Positions 25,982 through 37,060 of a stretch of DNA of 64,000 bases are shown in pieces. The DNA lies in NCBI RefSeq assembly GCF_039654945.1, contig NW_027361807.1:6386001-6450000 (forward strand), written 5' to 3'. Both the position numbers and the translations under genes were made by a program. Position 1 is the stretch's first letter; every line of letters starts with the position of its first letter. The notes beneath the pieces are model-generated. The model made no database searches, was not told the DNA's origin, and saw only the letters and a program-made list of their open reading frames with translations. This DNA is from Dendrobates tinctorius (lineage: Eukaryota).

Positions 25982-27305
25982 TAATGCGGCCCGAGGGTCG
26001 GCTTCTTTTTTCCTGCCGCCGGCCCTTTAAATTTGCTGGCAAGGCGGCAGGCAGCGCTGCGGCACCCTAGGGGGTTAAGAACGTGCCGCGGTGACGCTGC
26101 ACGTCGTCGAACGTTCTTTGAGGGCGGAGCTGGAAACTGCTGGTCAGGGGGAAAACAGCAGTTGCCGCACAAAGCTGCCACATGGAGAAAGGACCGTGCG
26201 CTCGGCTCACCTCACACCAGCAGCTTGTCCTTGAAGGCCCCGCGGAAGTATTCCTGCTGCTTCGCACTCCATCTTCTCCCCACCTGACAGTGAGTGTCCG
26301 TGGGGGCGGCATTATGTGCTCTACTACCAGCAGCATCTACAATTTACAGTCATGGCCAAAAGTTTAGAGAATGATACACATATTAATTTTTACACAGTCT
26401 ACTGCTTCATTTTTTCTAATGGCAATTTGCATATACTCCAGAATGTTATAAAGTGATCAGCTTAACAGCAATTACTTGCAAAGTCAATATTTGCCTAGAA
26501 AATTAATTTTATCCCCAAAACACATTTCAACATCATTGCAGCCCTGCCTTAAAAGGACCAGCTAACATCGTTTCAGTGATTGCTCCATTAACACAGGTGT
26601 GGGTGTTGATGAGGACAGGGCTGGAGATCAATCTGTCATGATTAAGTAAGAATGACACCACTGGACACTTTAAAAGGAGGCTGGTGCTTGGCATCATTGT
26701 TTCTCTTCTGTTAACCATGGTTATCTCTAAAGAAACACGTGCAGTCATCATTGCACTGCACAAAAATGGCCTAACAGGGAAGAGTATCGCAGCTAGAAAG
26801 ATTGCACCTCAGTCAACAAACTATCGCATCATCAAGAACTTCAAGGAGAGAGGTTCCCTTGTTGCCAAAAAGGCTCCAGGGCGCACAAGAAAGATCAGCA
26901 AGCGCCAGGACCGTCTCTTAGGCCTCTTTCACACATCAGGTTTTCGCCGTCAGACGCGATCCGGCGCTTTTGACAGAAACCGGATCCGGCGAAATGCAAT
27001 GCCGGATCCGGTTTCCCCCCCATTGACTTGCATTTGCGCCGGATCGCGCCGGATGGCCATGCGTTTCATCCGGTTTTCGCCGGATCCGGCAATGTGTCGC
27101 GATCCGGCGTCTGGAAAAAACGGCTACTGTAACGTTTTTTGTCTCCGGCGTAAAAGCCGGACACGCCGGATCCGGCGCGTCCGGCTTTTTCACACAATGA
27201 AAGCCTATGAGCGCCGCAATGAACCTGATCCGGCGAAAGCTGGATCCGGTGGCCGGATCCGGTTTTTTGGGTCTGAGCATGCTCAGTAGCTCTGCCCACA
27301 AGACA

Positions 27306-27315
27306 TATATAAAAG
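27306..27315 (+). promoter_or_regulatory. Candidate TATA box of the Harbinger MADF gene
   Basis: TATATAAAAG about 40 nt upstream of the ATG at 27347, directly inside the subterminal repeat region. Confidence 0.55.
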
Positions 27316-27346
27316 CAAGACAGTGGGACCCACAGCCACACCCAAC

Positions 27347-30137
27347 ATGCCACCCAAGAAAGCAACCAAGCGCAGCAGGAGAAGGCAGGAGACCACTGCA
27401 GCACCATCAGCACCACCACCACCCCAAATGGAGCAGCAAATGGAACATGCTGAGGAGGGGAGGCCAGCAGCAGATGAGAGACGGTAATTATCAAATCCCC
27501 CATTCCTCCAAACTAGGGCTATTGAATATCAAGATATTCATTGGCCCTTTGTTTCTCTTTATTCAACAGCCGCCCAATAGATGCAGCAGCAGCAGCAATG
27601 GCAGCAGGTGGAACACCACCCACAGGCATGGAGTGTGGCCACCAGGAAGACAGCACATCATCTTCTGGGAGCCCTCCCTCGCATCGTCAGCGTTTGACGG
27701 TAAGTTTTTATTTCCAAAATCCATCTTCTCTGTAATATATGTCTCTTCATTGCCTTTTATTTCAAAACAGGATTCACAAGATGAAGAGGAGCTCCCAGAA
27801 GAAGAAGGAAGGGGTGGACAGACACTTGGAGTGGGCTCACAATTGGTAAGTTTTTTGCATCAAACGCAGAAACACAACATCACACTACACACAACACATA
27901 GAAAACAATGTTCTGCAGACCACACACAGCAAACAAATGCCTACATCCAAAGACATAACATTTTTTGTTTTCTTCTCTAGTCTTCCCAATCTGGTGCTCG
28001 GCCAAGAGGTCCTCGCAGTGCCTCCCAGGGTCGTCGGCGACAGCAACGCGGCGGTCACCAGCGTGTAAGTATAAATATTTTTGCTTTGTTTTTTTGCACT
28101 TTTTATTTCATTTCTTTTGTGGAGGCTAATTATGTTATTTTTGTCTTTTTCTTTAACAGCCTTCACAGCGTGCTCCCGACTCTGACGGTGAGGATGGAGG
28201 ACTCGATGTGGACCACCTCATCGATCTCGTCAGAGAAAGGGAGCCGCTCTGGAATATGGCTGACCGCCGCCACGCTGACCTTATCGTTACCCGACGACTC
28301 TGGGAGGAAATCTGTTCGCTCCTTGTGGGCCGCTGGGAGGACCTCGATGTTCGGGCCCAGATTAAAGAGCGTAAGTATATACAGTACCGGTTGCTTGATG
28401 TAAACCAGTGTTTCCCGAACTCCAGTCCTCGTGGTCCCCACGGATCATGTGTTCAGGATTTCTATTTACTATGGAAATCCTGAAAACATGACCCCTGGGG
28501 ACCATGAGGACTGGAGTTTGGGAAACACTGATGTTGTATACTAACCACTTTGTCCTTTCTCGTTTCAGGGAACAGAATTGTGAATCGGTGGCGGTCTGTG
28601 AGGGATCGTTTCAAGAAGGAGTTCAATAAAGAGATGCGGGCCCCGAGTGGATCTGGAGGATGCAGGAGCAAGTACAAGTACGCAGAAGCCCTGTCGTTCC
28701 TCCGGGAAACAATGGTCACTAGAAGGTAAATATTACACACCACATGTGAAAAAAAATGTTAGATGTAAATTTTTTTTTTCAGCCAGGGCCATACCATGTC
28801 AGTATTTTAATTGTTTTTTTTTCTCTTTATTCCACAGCACGGTGAGCAGCACTCGGGAGCCTGCACGATTGGACCCTTCTGAGGCGATCCCTGAGGAGAC
28901 CGGCACCGAGGGACACTTCGACCGCCCCGGTACATCTGCACCTTCCCAGCCTTCCCACACATTCGACCCATCTGTCCCATCCACCAGCACAGGAGCATCG
29001 TGGCCGCCTACATTACATGAAGCTGCTGGTGAGGAGATCGCTTTCCCTTTACCCCACCCTTCTGCCCCTGCCACCTCTAGTACACCTGCGGGTACTGGGC
29101 GGCAGCGGCAGAGGGGTCAGGAAAAGACTTATGCGCCAGAGTTCTTGCATCTGAATGCATCTTTCCAGAACTGTCTAAAAGTCTTGTCAGAGCAAATCTC
29201 AGCAGGCTATCAGCAGATCAACTCCAGCATTCTGGAGGTGAAGATACTTCTGCAAACCATGCATTCAGAAGCAAGATCTTCGCCAAACCACACCTTTTTC
29301 AGGTCTGTTGTGGAGCGCATGGAAACGCTCTCTCCTGCCCAGCAGATGCATGTAATGCATTCATGCCACGCTGCTCTCCAGCAAGTTACCTCCCAACCTC
29401 CTCCTCCCACCACAGTAGTTCCTCCACCTGCACCCCCTCCAGCCACTTTCCATCCTCCCCCTCCTATTACATCTACACCCCCTCCAGCCACTTTCCATCC
29501 TCCCCCTCCTATTACATCTACACCCCCTCCAGCCACTTTCCATCCTCCCCCTCCTATTACATACCATCCACCTCCCCAGCACCATCCACCTCCCCAGCAC
29601 CAGCAACCTCCCCAGCACCAGCAACCTCCCCAGCACCAGCAACCTCCCCAGTACCAGCAACCTCCCCAGTACCAGCAACCTCCCCAGTACCAGCAACCTC
29701 CCCAGTACCAGCAACCTCCCCAGTACCTGCAAACTCCCCAGTACCAGCAACCTCCCCAGTACCAGACATCTCCCCACTTCCAGCAACCTGCCCCGTACCA
29801 GACATCTCCCCACTTCCAGCATCCTGCCTCGTACCAGACATCTCCCCACTTCCAGCAACCTGCCCCATACCAAACTCCTTCCCCATACAACTTGCCATCA
29901 ACATCTTCTGCTCCTACAGTCCCTGCCCAACCCTCCACTCCACCACCCACCACCTCTTCTGCTTCCCACATGTCCACCCATTCTGTAGTTTTTTTCCACA
30001 CCTTCACCTCTAACTGTTCCTTCCCCACCACGATCCCAGTCCTCTCTCCACACTCCCAGTGTCGAAGTGTCCCGCAGCCCCTCCAGCAGTATTTCCACCA
30101 CACACTACACAGATTTATAATGTGTGTATTTAAATAA
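27347..30137 (+). CDS. Harbinger Myb/SANT-like (MADF) DNA-binding protein with a BESS-like motif and a Pro/Gln-rich tail; 7 exons, ~697 aa
   Basis: Exons 27347-27483, 27570-27699, 27771-27845, 27981-28064, 28160-28370, 28569-28725 and 28838-30137, all GT-AG and phase-consistent (2094 nt). MADF: LIDLVREREPLWN...LWEEI...VNRWRSVRDRFKKE...YKYAEALSFL. BESS-like: NHTFFRSVVERMETLSPAQQMHV. AATAAA at 30133. Confidence 0.88.
28406..28530. mobile_element. 125-bp hAT-type MITE in intron 5 of the MADF gene
   Basis: CAGTGTTTCCCGAACTCCAGTCCTC ... GAGGACTGGAGTTTGGGAAACACTG. TSD is eroded (ATGTAAAC / ATGTTGTA). Confidence 0.8.
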
Positions 30138-30342
30138 AAATGACCAGTTTTATGGTTTCAAAGCTTTATTAAACAAGTTTATTAAAATTTTAAAAAAGTT
30201 TACTAAAAAAAACATTTTTCAATAAAAGTTAAATTATTTTACACTGGTTGTCTGTCATTTCTTTCTGCGGCAAAAAAGGTTAAATACAGGGTATTTAAAA
30301 GGTGAAATGGTATTCAAAACTAGGTATATAACTGTGGGTAAA

Positions 30343-30514
30343 TTTTAGCTTTTTGCCACAGTTGTGTTCCTGGTTGTGTTTGAAGCAAAGTATTTCACCT
30401 AAAAAGTTGTGTTTATTGTTGGTGATTTCCTAACAATGTACACAACTTTTGTTAAAAGGTGAAATACTTTGCATAAAACACAACCAGGTACACACCTGTG
30501 GCCTAAAGCTAAAA
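30343..30514. repeat. Long imperfect hairpin between the two Harbinger genes
   Basis: The left arm TTTTAGCTTTTTGCCACAGTTGTGTTCCTGGTTGTGTTTGAAGCAAAGTATTTCACCT...AAAAGTTGTGT..ATTGTT pairs with the right arm, which ends ...GTGGCCTAAAGCTAAAA. Loop at ~30421-30430. Confidence 0.88.
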
Positions 30515-30608
30515 ATAGTAAGACCATGACAAGATAGCCAACTTTGGTTGGCAAAGGTATATACTGTTGGTCCAGAAGGTACACAAGTTTGGTTAGGGCA
30601 CAAATCTT

Positions 30609-31991
30609 TCACACTCTGTCATCCTGCCAGTGTACTCTGCCTAGAGGTGACATAAAGTATATTGCAAAATTGTCCCTCATTACTGAAACCGTCACAGAAC
30701 TTCTAGTGGTAATGTCATGGTAATCTTGCAAGGTGGTTTCTTCAGAGGTGTCCTCAATGGAAATGGGTTCCTTGCAGATAACAAAATTGTGGAGTACCAC
30801 GCACGCTTTGATCACCTCGTCCACAGTTTCTGTCTTGAGGTTGATCGCAGTCAATAGGACCCGCCATTTGGCTGTCAGAATACCAAAGGTACATTCAACC
30901 ATTCTTCTTGCTCTTGTGAGGCGGTAATTAAAAATGCGTTTTGGTCTTGTCAATCCTCTGCTAGAGTACGGTTTCAAAAGGTGTTCTGACAGCTGGAAGG
31001 CTTCATCCCCTACACAGACAAATGGCATAGGTGGACCAGATGTTTGCGGCAGCGGTCTAGGTGGTGGGAACTGGAAGGTGTTTCCATACAGTTTACGCCC
31101 CATGGCAGACAGTTTGAAAACTTGAGAGTCATTGGAGCGGCCATAGGCCCCAATATCAACCGCAATAAATTTGTATTCCGCGTCAGCGATGGCCATGAGG
31201 ACAATTGAAAAATATTTCTTGTAATTGAAATATTCCGATCCCGATCCAGCTGGCTTTACAATGCGGATATGTTTCCCGTCCACAGCGCCCAAGCAGTTTG
31301 GAAACTGACATATCTGTTGAAACTTGTCAGCAATTTCAATCCACCTCTCTGTTGTGGGCTCTGGTAAAAACTCTTCAGCTAAGGAGTCCCACAGTGCACG
31401 GCATGTGTACTTCACAATTCCAGATATGGTGGAAATCCCGAGTCTGTACTGGAAATGCAGTGACGAAAGGGATTCTCCAGTTGCAAGAAATCTGTGGGGA
31501 ATTAAAAAACAATAAATTAGTTTTAAATCACAGCATTACATACCAAAACTGACCTATAACACTTGGAGATACAAACTACCACCAACAAGATTGCAGTGAA
31601 AGTGTGCTCTGATGCGAGCATATCCAATAAATGTGGCTTACCTTAAAGTCACCATCAGACGCTCTGCGGGTGAAAAAGAGAAGCGGCAATAGGTGTCCGC
31701 TTTTCTTATGAGGTGTGCAATGCGCTCCACCAAGTAATCAAAATTCTCCATTTTCATCCTAACATATCCAATAAATTTATCCGGGTTTCGTCGAAGGTCC
31801 ATGCAGAGTGTAGAATAGACCCCACGCGTCATTCTCTTGGCTGTGATGGGGTGGATCCACAAACGTCGTCTACGATGCCTGATGCGCTGCTGTCTCGCTC
31901 TCTCCTTCTCCAGAACAATCACCCTCAAACGATTCGCCTCCGCTATAAAATCCGCCAAATTCTTCAAAATATTTCCAATGACAACATCCAT
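30609..31991 (-). CDS. Harbinger DDE transposase (HARBI1/ALP1-like family), 2 exons, 410 aa, intact
   Basis: Exon 1 31991-31642, GT-AG intron 31641-31492, exon 2 31491-30609. Splicing gives the canonical ERLMVTLR|FLATG. Catalytic motifs GAVDGKH, YFNYKKYFS, VGDEAF, FNYRLTRARRMVECTFG, CVVLHNF. Confidence 0.95.
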
Positions 31992-33446
31992 CTTCGCCAG
32001 TAACTTGCTCTTCTCTCCAACCTGCACTTTCTCCTCTACAACCTGTCAAAGAAGGGCTGTAGGAACATGCTATATATAGTTTTCCAGTAGCCAATCCCGT
32101 TCGGAAGGCCACAAGGGTCAATTTTAAAAACCGGATCCGGCGTAATCCGTCGAAAAACGGATAGAAAAACGGATGAACCGGATGAGACGGATACGGTTTT
32201 GTCTGTCAAGAAAAAGACGGATCCGGCAGAAAACCGGATCCGTCACATCCGGTTTTACGAAACATTTGCCGGATCCGGCGTTCCGGCACGACGCCGGATC
32301 GCGCCTGACGCCGAAAACCTGATGTGTGAAAGTAGCCTTAAAAGTGTGCTCAGGAATGGCAGCAGGCAGGTGTGAGTGCATCTACACGCACTGTGAGGCG
32401 GAGACTCTTGGAGCAAGGCCTGGTCTCAAGGAGGGCAGCAAAGAAGCCACTTCTCTCCAGGAAAAACATCATGGACAGACTGATATTCTGCAAGAGGTAC
32501 AGGGAGTGGACTGCTGAGGACTGGGGTAAAGTCATTTTCTCTGATGAATCCCCTTTTCGATTGTTTGGGACATCTGGAAAACGGCTTATTCGGAGAAGAA
32601 CAGGTGAGCACTACCACCAGTCTTGTCTCATGCCAACTGTCAAGCATCCTGAAACCATTCATGTGTGGGGTTGCTTCTCAGCCAAGGGAATGGGCTCTCT
32701 CTCAGTCTTGCCTAAAAACACAGCCATGAATAAAGAATGGTACCGGAATGTCCTCCGAGAGCAACTTCTCCCAACCGTCCAAGAGCAGTTTGGCGATCAA
32801 CAATGCCTTTTTCAACATGATGGAGCACCTTGTCATAAAGCAAAGGTGATAACTAAATGGCTCAGGGAGCAAAACATAGAGATTTTGGGACCATGGCCTG
32901 GAAACTCCCCAGATCTTAATCCCATTGAGAACTTGTGGTCAATCATCAAGAGACGGGTGGACAAACAAAAACCTTCAAATTCAGACAAAATAAAAGCATT
33001 GATTTTGCAAGAATGCTGGACTGCTATCAGTCAGGATTTGATCCAGAAGTTGATTGAGAGCATGCCAGGGAGAATTGCTGAGGTCCTGAAGAAGAAGGGT
33101 CAACACTGCAAATATTGACTTGCTGCATTAACTCATTCTGTCAATATAACCTTTTGCTACTCATAATATGATTGCAATTATATTTCTGTATGTGATAAAA
33201 ACATCTGACAAACACACATAAAAACCAGAGGCCAGCAGATCTTGTGAAAATATAATATTTGTGTCATTCTCAAAACTTTTGGCCATGACTGTAGCCTGCA
33301 CCCTGGTGCTGCTGGTAGCGTGCAAAGGCTTGTAAGTGATGAGATCACAGTAGGGAAGGTGTCAGGGCCCCCGATCATGTGACCCCTGTCTCCTCCCCTC
33401 CTGTGACCTCATTACAGGTCCTGTGCGCACAGCACAGAGCAGCCAT

Positions 33447-35945
33447 GTATGTGGAGTGCGGCTCTGCGGGTGGAGGTCGGTGCCGGAGGCTCCATTATTC
33501 TCTATGTGGAGTGCGGCTCTGTGGGTGGAGGTCGGTGCCGGAGGCTCCATTATTCTCTATGTGGAGTGTGGCTCTGCGGGTGGAGGTCGGTGCCGGAGGC
33601 TCCATTATTCTCTATGTGGAGTGCGGCTCTGCGGGTGGAGGTCGGTGCCGGAGGCCCCATTATTCTCTATGTCGAGTGTGGGTCTGTGGGTGGAGGTAGG
33701 TGCTGGAGGCCCCATTATTCTCTATGTGGAGTGCGGCTCTGCGGGTGGAGGTCGGTGCTGGAGGCTCCATTATTCTCTATGTGGAGTGCGGCTCTGCGGG
33801 TGGAGGTCGGTGCCGGAGGCTCCATTATTCTCTATGTGGAGCGCGGCTCTGCGGGTGGAGGTCGGTGCCGGAGGCTCCATTATTCTCTATGTGGAGCGTG
33901 GCTCTGCGGGTGGAGGTCGGTGCTGGAGGCTCCATTATTCTTTATGTGGAATGCGGCTCTGCGGGTGGAGGTCGGTGCCGGAGGCTCCATTATTCTCTAT
34001 GTGGAGTGCGGGTGGAGGTCGGTGCCGGAGGCTCCATTATTCTCTATGTGGAGTGCGGCTCTGCGGGTGGAGGTCGGTGCCGGAGGCTCCATTATTCTCT
34101 ATGTGGAGTGCGGCTCTGCGGGTGGAGGTCGGTGCTGGAGGCTCCATTATTCTCTATGTGGAGTGCGGCTCTGCGGGTGGAGGTCGGTGCCGGAGGCTCC
34201 ATTATTCTCTATGTGGAGTGTGGCTCTGCGGGTGGAGGTCGGTGCTGGAGGCTCCATTATTCTTTATGTGGAATGTGGCTCTGCGGGTGGAGGTCGGTGC
34301 CGGAGGCTCCATTATACTCTATGTGGAGTGTGGCTCTGCGGGTGGAGGTCGGTGCCGGAGGCTCCATTATTCTCTATGTGGAGTGTGGCTCTGCGGGTGG
34401 AGGTCGGTGCCGGAGGCTCCATTATTCTCTATGTGGAGTGTGGCTCTGCGGGTGGAGGTCGGTGCCGGAGGCTCCATTATTCTCTATGTGGAGTGTGGCT
34501 CTGCGGGTGGAGGTCGGTGCCGGAGGCCCCATTATTCTCTATGTGGAGTGCGGCTCTGCGGGTGGAGGTTGGTGCCGGAGGCTCCATTATTCTCTAGGTG
34601 GATTGCGGCTCTGCGGGTGGAGGTCGGTGCCGGAGGCTCCATAATTCTCTATGTGGAGTGTGGCTCTGCGGGTGGAGGTCGGTGCCGGAGGCTCCATTAT
34701 TCTCTATGTGGAGTGCGGCTCTGCGGGTGGAGGTCGGTGCTGGAGGCTCCATTATTCTCTATGTGGAGTGCGGCTCTGCGGGTGGAGGTCGGTGCCGGAG
34801 GCTCCATTATTCTCTATGTGGAGTGTGGCTCTGCGGGTGGAGGTCGGTGCTGGAGGCTCCATTATTCTTTATGTGGAGTGTGGCTCTGCGGGTGGAGGTC
34901 GGTGCCGGAGGCTCCATTATTCTCTATGTGGAGTGTGGCTCTGCGGGTGGAGGTCGGTGCCGGAGGCTCCATTATTCTCTATGTGGAGTGTGGCTCTAAG
35001 TGGAGGTCGGTGCTGGAGGCTCCATTATTCTCTATGTGGAGTGTGGCTCTGCGGGTCCGTGCCGGAGGCTCCATTATTCTCTATGTGGAGTGCGGCTCTG
35101 CGGGTGGAGGTCAGTGCTGGAGGCTCCTTTATTCTCTATGTGGAGTGCGGCTCTGGGGGTGGAGGTCGGTGCCGGAGGCTCCATTATTCTCTGTGGATTG
35201 TGGCTTTGCGGGTGGAGGTCGGTGCTGGAGGCTCCATTGTTCTCTATGTGGATTGTGGCTCTGCGGGTGGAGGTCGGTGCTGGAGGCTCCATTATTCTCT
35301 ATGTGGAGTGCGGCTCTGGGGGTGGAGGTCGGTGCCGGAGGCTCCATTATTCTCTGTGGATTGTGGATTTGCGGGTTGAGGTCGGTGCTGGAGGCTCCAT
35401 TATTCTCTATGTGGAGTGCGGCTCTGCGAGTGGAGGTCGGTGCTGGAGGCTCCATTATTCTCTATGTGGATTGTGGCTCTGCAGGTGGAGGTCGGTGCCG
35501 GAGGCTCAATTATTCTCTATGTGGAGTGTGGCTCTGCGAGTGGAGGTCGGTGCTGGAGGCTCCATTATTCTTTATGTGGAGTGCGGCTCTGCAGGTGGAG
35601 GTCGGTGCCGGAGGCTCCATTATACTCTATGTGGAGTGCGGCTCTGCGAGTGGAGGTCGGTGCTGGAGGCTCCATTATTCTCTATGTGGAGTGTGGTTCT
35701 GTGGGTGGAGGTCGGTGCATGAGGCTCCATTATTTTCTATGTGGTGTGTGGCTCTGCGGGTGGAGGTCGGTGCCGGAGGCTCCATTATTCTCTATGTGGA
35801 GTGCGGCTCTGCGGGTGGAGGTCAGTGCTGGAGGCTCCATTATTCTCTATGTGGAGTGCGGCTCTGCGGGTGGAGGTCGGTGCTGGAGGCTCCATTATTC
35901 TCTATGTGGAATGCGGCTCTGCGGGTGGAGGTCGGTGCTGGAGTA
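33447..35945. repeat. 55-bp minisatellite, roughly 45 copies
   Basis: Unit GTGGAGTGCGGCTCTGCGGGTGGAGGTCGGTGCCGGAGGCTCCATTATTCTCTAT (period 33451 to 33506). Confidence 0.97.
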
Positions 35946-36545
35946 CTGCCATCCCCCACACAGTATAATATTCCCACAGTACTGCCATCCCCCACACAGT
36001 ATAATGTTCCCCCAGTACCGCCATCCCCCCCATGCACAGTATAATGTTCCCCCAGTACCCAGTATCAGCCCTTGGTTTATGCAGGACTCTGCTGTCTGTG
36101 CTGGTTCTCATCGTCCTGGATGAGGTGAAGTTTGTGTGGGGTCAGAGAGGGTTTACAGGGTGGATGTAGCAGAGCCGTGTGTGTGCGAGGTGTACGGAGC
36201 GGAGCCGTGTGTGTGTGTACGGAGCGGAGCCGTGTGTGTGTTTGAGGTGTACGGAGCTGAGCCGCACTTGTGTGTGTATGAATCGGAGCTGCGTGTGTGC
36301 AAGGTGTATGGAGCGGAACCGCATGTGTACAAGGTTTACGGAGTGGAGCCATTTGTGTACAAGGTTTACAGAGCGTGGCCACGTGCGTGCAAGGTGTACG
36401 GAGCAGAGCCGCATGTGTACGAGGTTTACGGAGTTGAGCCGTGTGTGCAAGGTGTACAGAACGGTGCCGTGTGTACGAGGCATAAAAAGCGGAACCGTGT
36501 GTGTATGATGTATGCGGTGCCATACATGTACAAGGTGTATGGTGG
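35941..36545. repeat. Degenerate tandem repeats (~33-bp and ~30-bp units)
   Basis: CAGTACTGCCATCCCCCACACAGTATAATGTTCCC x3 (35941-36060). GTGTACGGAGCGGAGCCGTGTGTG-like units (36165-36545). Confidence 0.8.
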
Positions 36546-36929
36546 GGAGCATTCATACCTCCCAGCGGGACAGTCCCGATTTTGAGAGAGATAGCTCCCA
36601 GCCGGGGCAGTTACTTTTTGCGCGGACACAGGAGTACACGGCGGAGCCCCGAGGAGCACTTTAAAATTCGCATGTGACGTTCCACCGGAAGTGACGGGCT
36701 AGAAGCTGACAAGAAATGAGGTAATTTTGGGAGGAGATTGTGACTGAACCATGGAGGCACTTTAGGGAATGCTTCAGATCCATCACCGTGTCCTCCTCCA
36801 ACAGTGCGGACAGCAGGATCACCTTGAACTCGGGGATGCCGGCCATGTGAGCGGATCATGATATGTACTGCATCGGGAGGCTCAGGTGGGCACTACAGTG
36901 GGAGCCGGGCTGCTATAGTATCTTTATAG

Positions 36930-37060
36930 AATCTTTCTTTCTATCTCTGTTTTTTTTTATCTCTCTATTCTTTCTTTCTGTTCTTTCTTTTCTTTCTCTC
37001 TCTGTTCTTTCTTTCTTTCTCTGTTTTCTTTTTTCTCTCTCTCTTTGTTTCTTTTCCTCA
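36930..37060. repeat. CT-rich simple repeat
   Basis: Runs of TTTC/TCTC. Confidence 0.85.

Larger units (their letters stand above)
26921..32337. mobile_element. Autonomous-type PIF/Harbinger transposon (5417 bp) with two convergent genes
   Basis: TSD TTA (26918-26920 / 32338-32340). TIRs GGCCTCTTTCACACATCAGG / CCTGATGTGTGAAAGTAGCC. Subterminal CCGGATCCGG-type palindromes at both ends. Confidence 0.97.
26347..33291 (+). mobile_element. Tc1-like DD35E (Traveler-type) transposon interrupted by a Harbinger
   Basis: TA|CAGTCATGGCCAAAAGTTT ... AAACTTTTGGCCATGACTG|TA. Transposase N-terminus 26717-26920 (MVISKETRAVIIALHKNG...GRTRKISKRQDRLL) and C-terminus ~32341-33118 (FSDES, FQHDGAPCH...NSPDLNPIE, 35 residues between D and E). 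Confidence 0.95.

Noticed and set aside
26684-27980. ORFs 26684-27289 and 27207-27980 as genes
   Set aside because: The first is the Tc1 N-terminus reading into the Harbinger terminus. The second crosses introns, mostly in the wrong frame.
29210-30103. Minus-strand Trp/Gly/Cys-rich ORFs and the alternative-frame PATSP ORF
   Set aside because: Shadows of the repetitive P/Q tail of the MADF gene. Only the 28838-30137 frame is joined to the MADF exons by splicing.
30609-31991. Host HARBI1 gene
   Set aside because: It lies within TIRs and a TSD, paired with a MADF gene and inserted in a Tc1, so it is a transposon gene and not the domesticated one.
33447-35945. CRISPR-like array
   Set aside because: Head-to-tail units with no unique spacers, eukaryotic context, no cas genes.
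33423-36123. 873-aa ORF and overlapping long ORFs
   Set aside because: Artefact of a stop-free 55-bp tandem unit. The same three peptides cycle through all frames.
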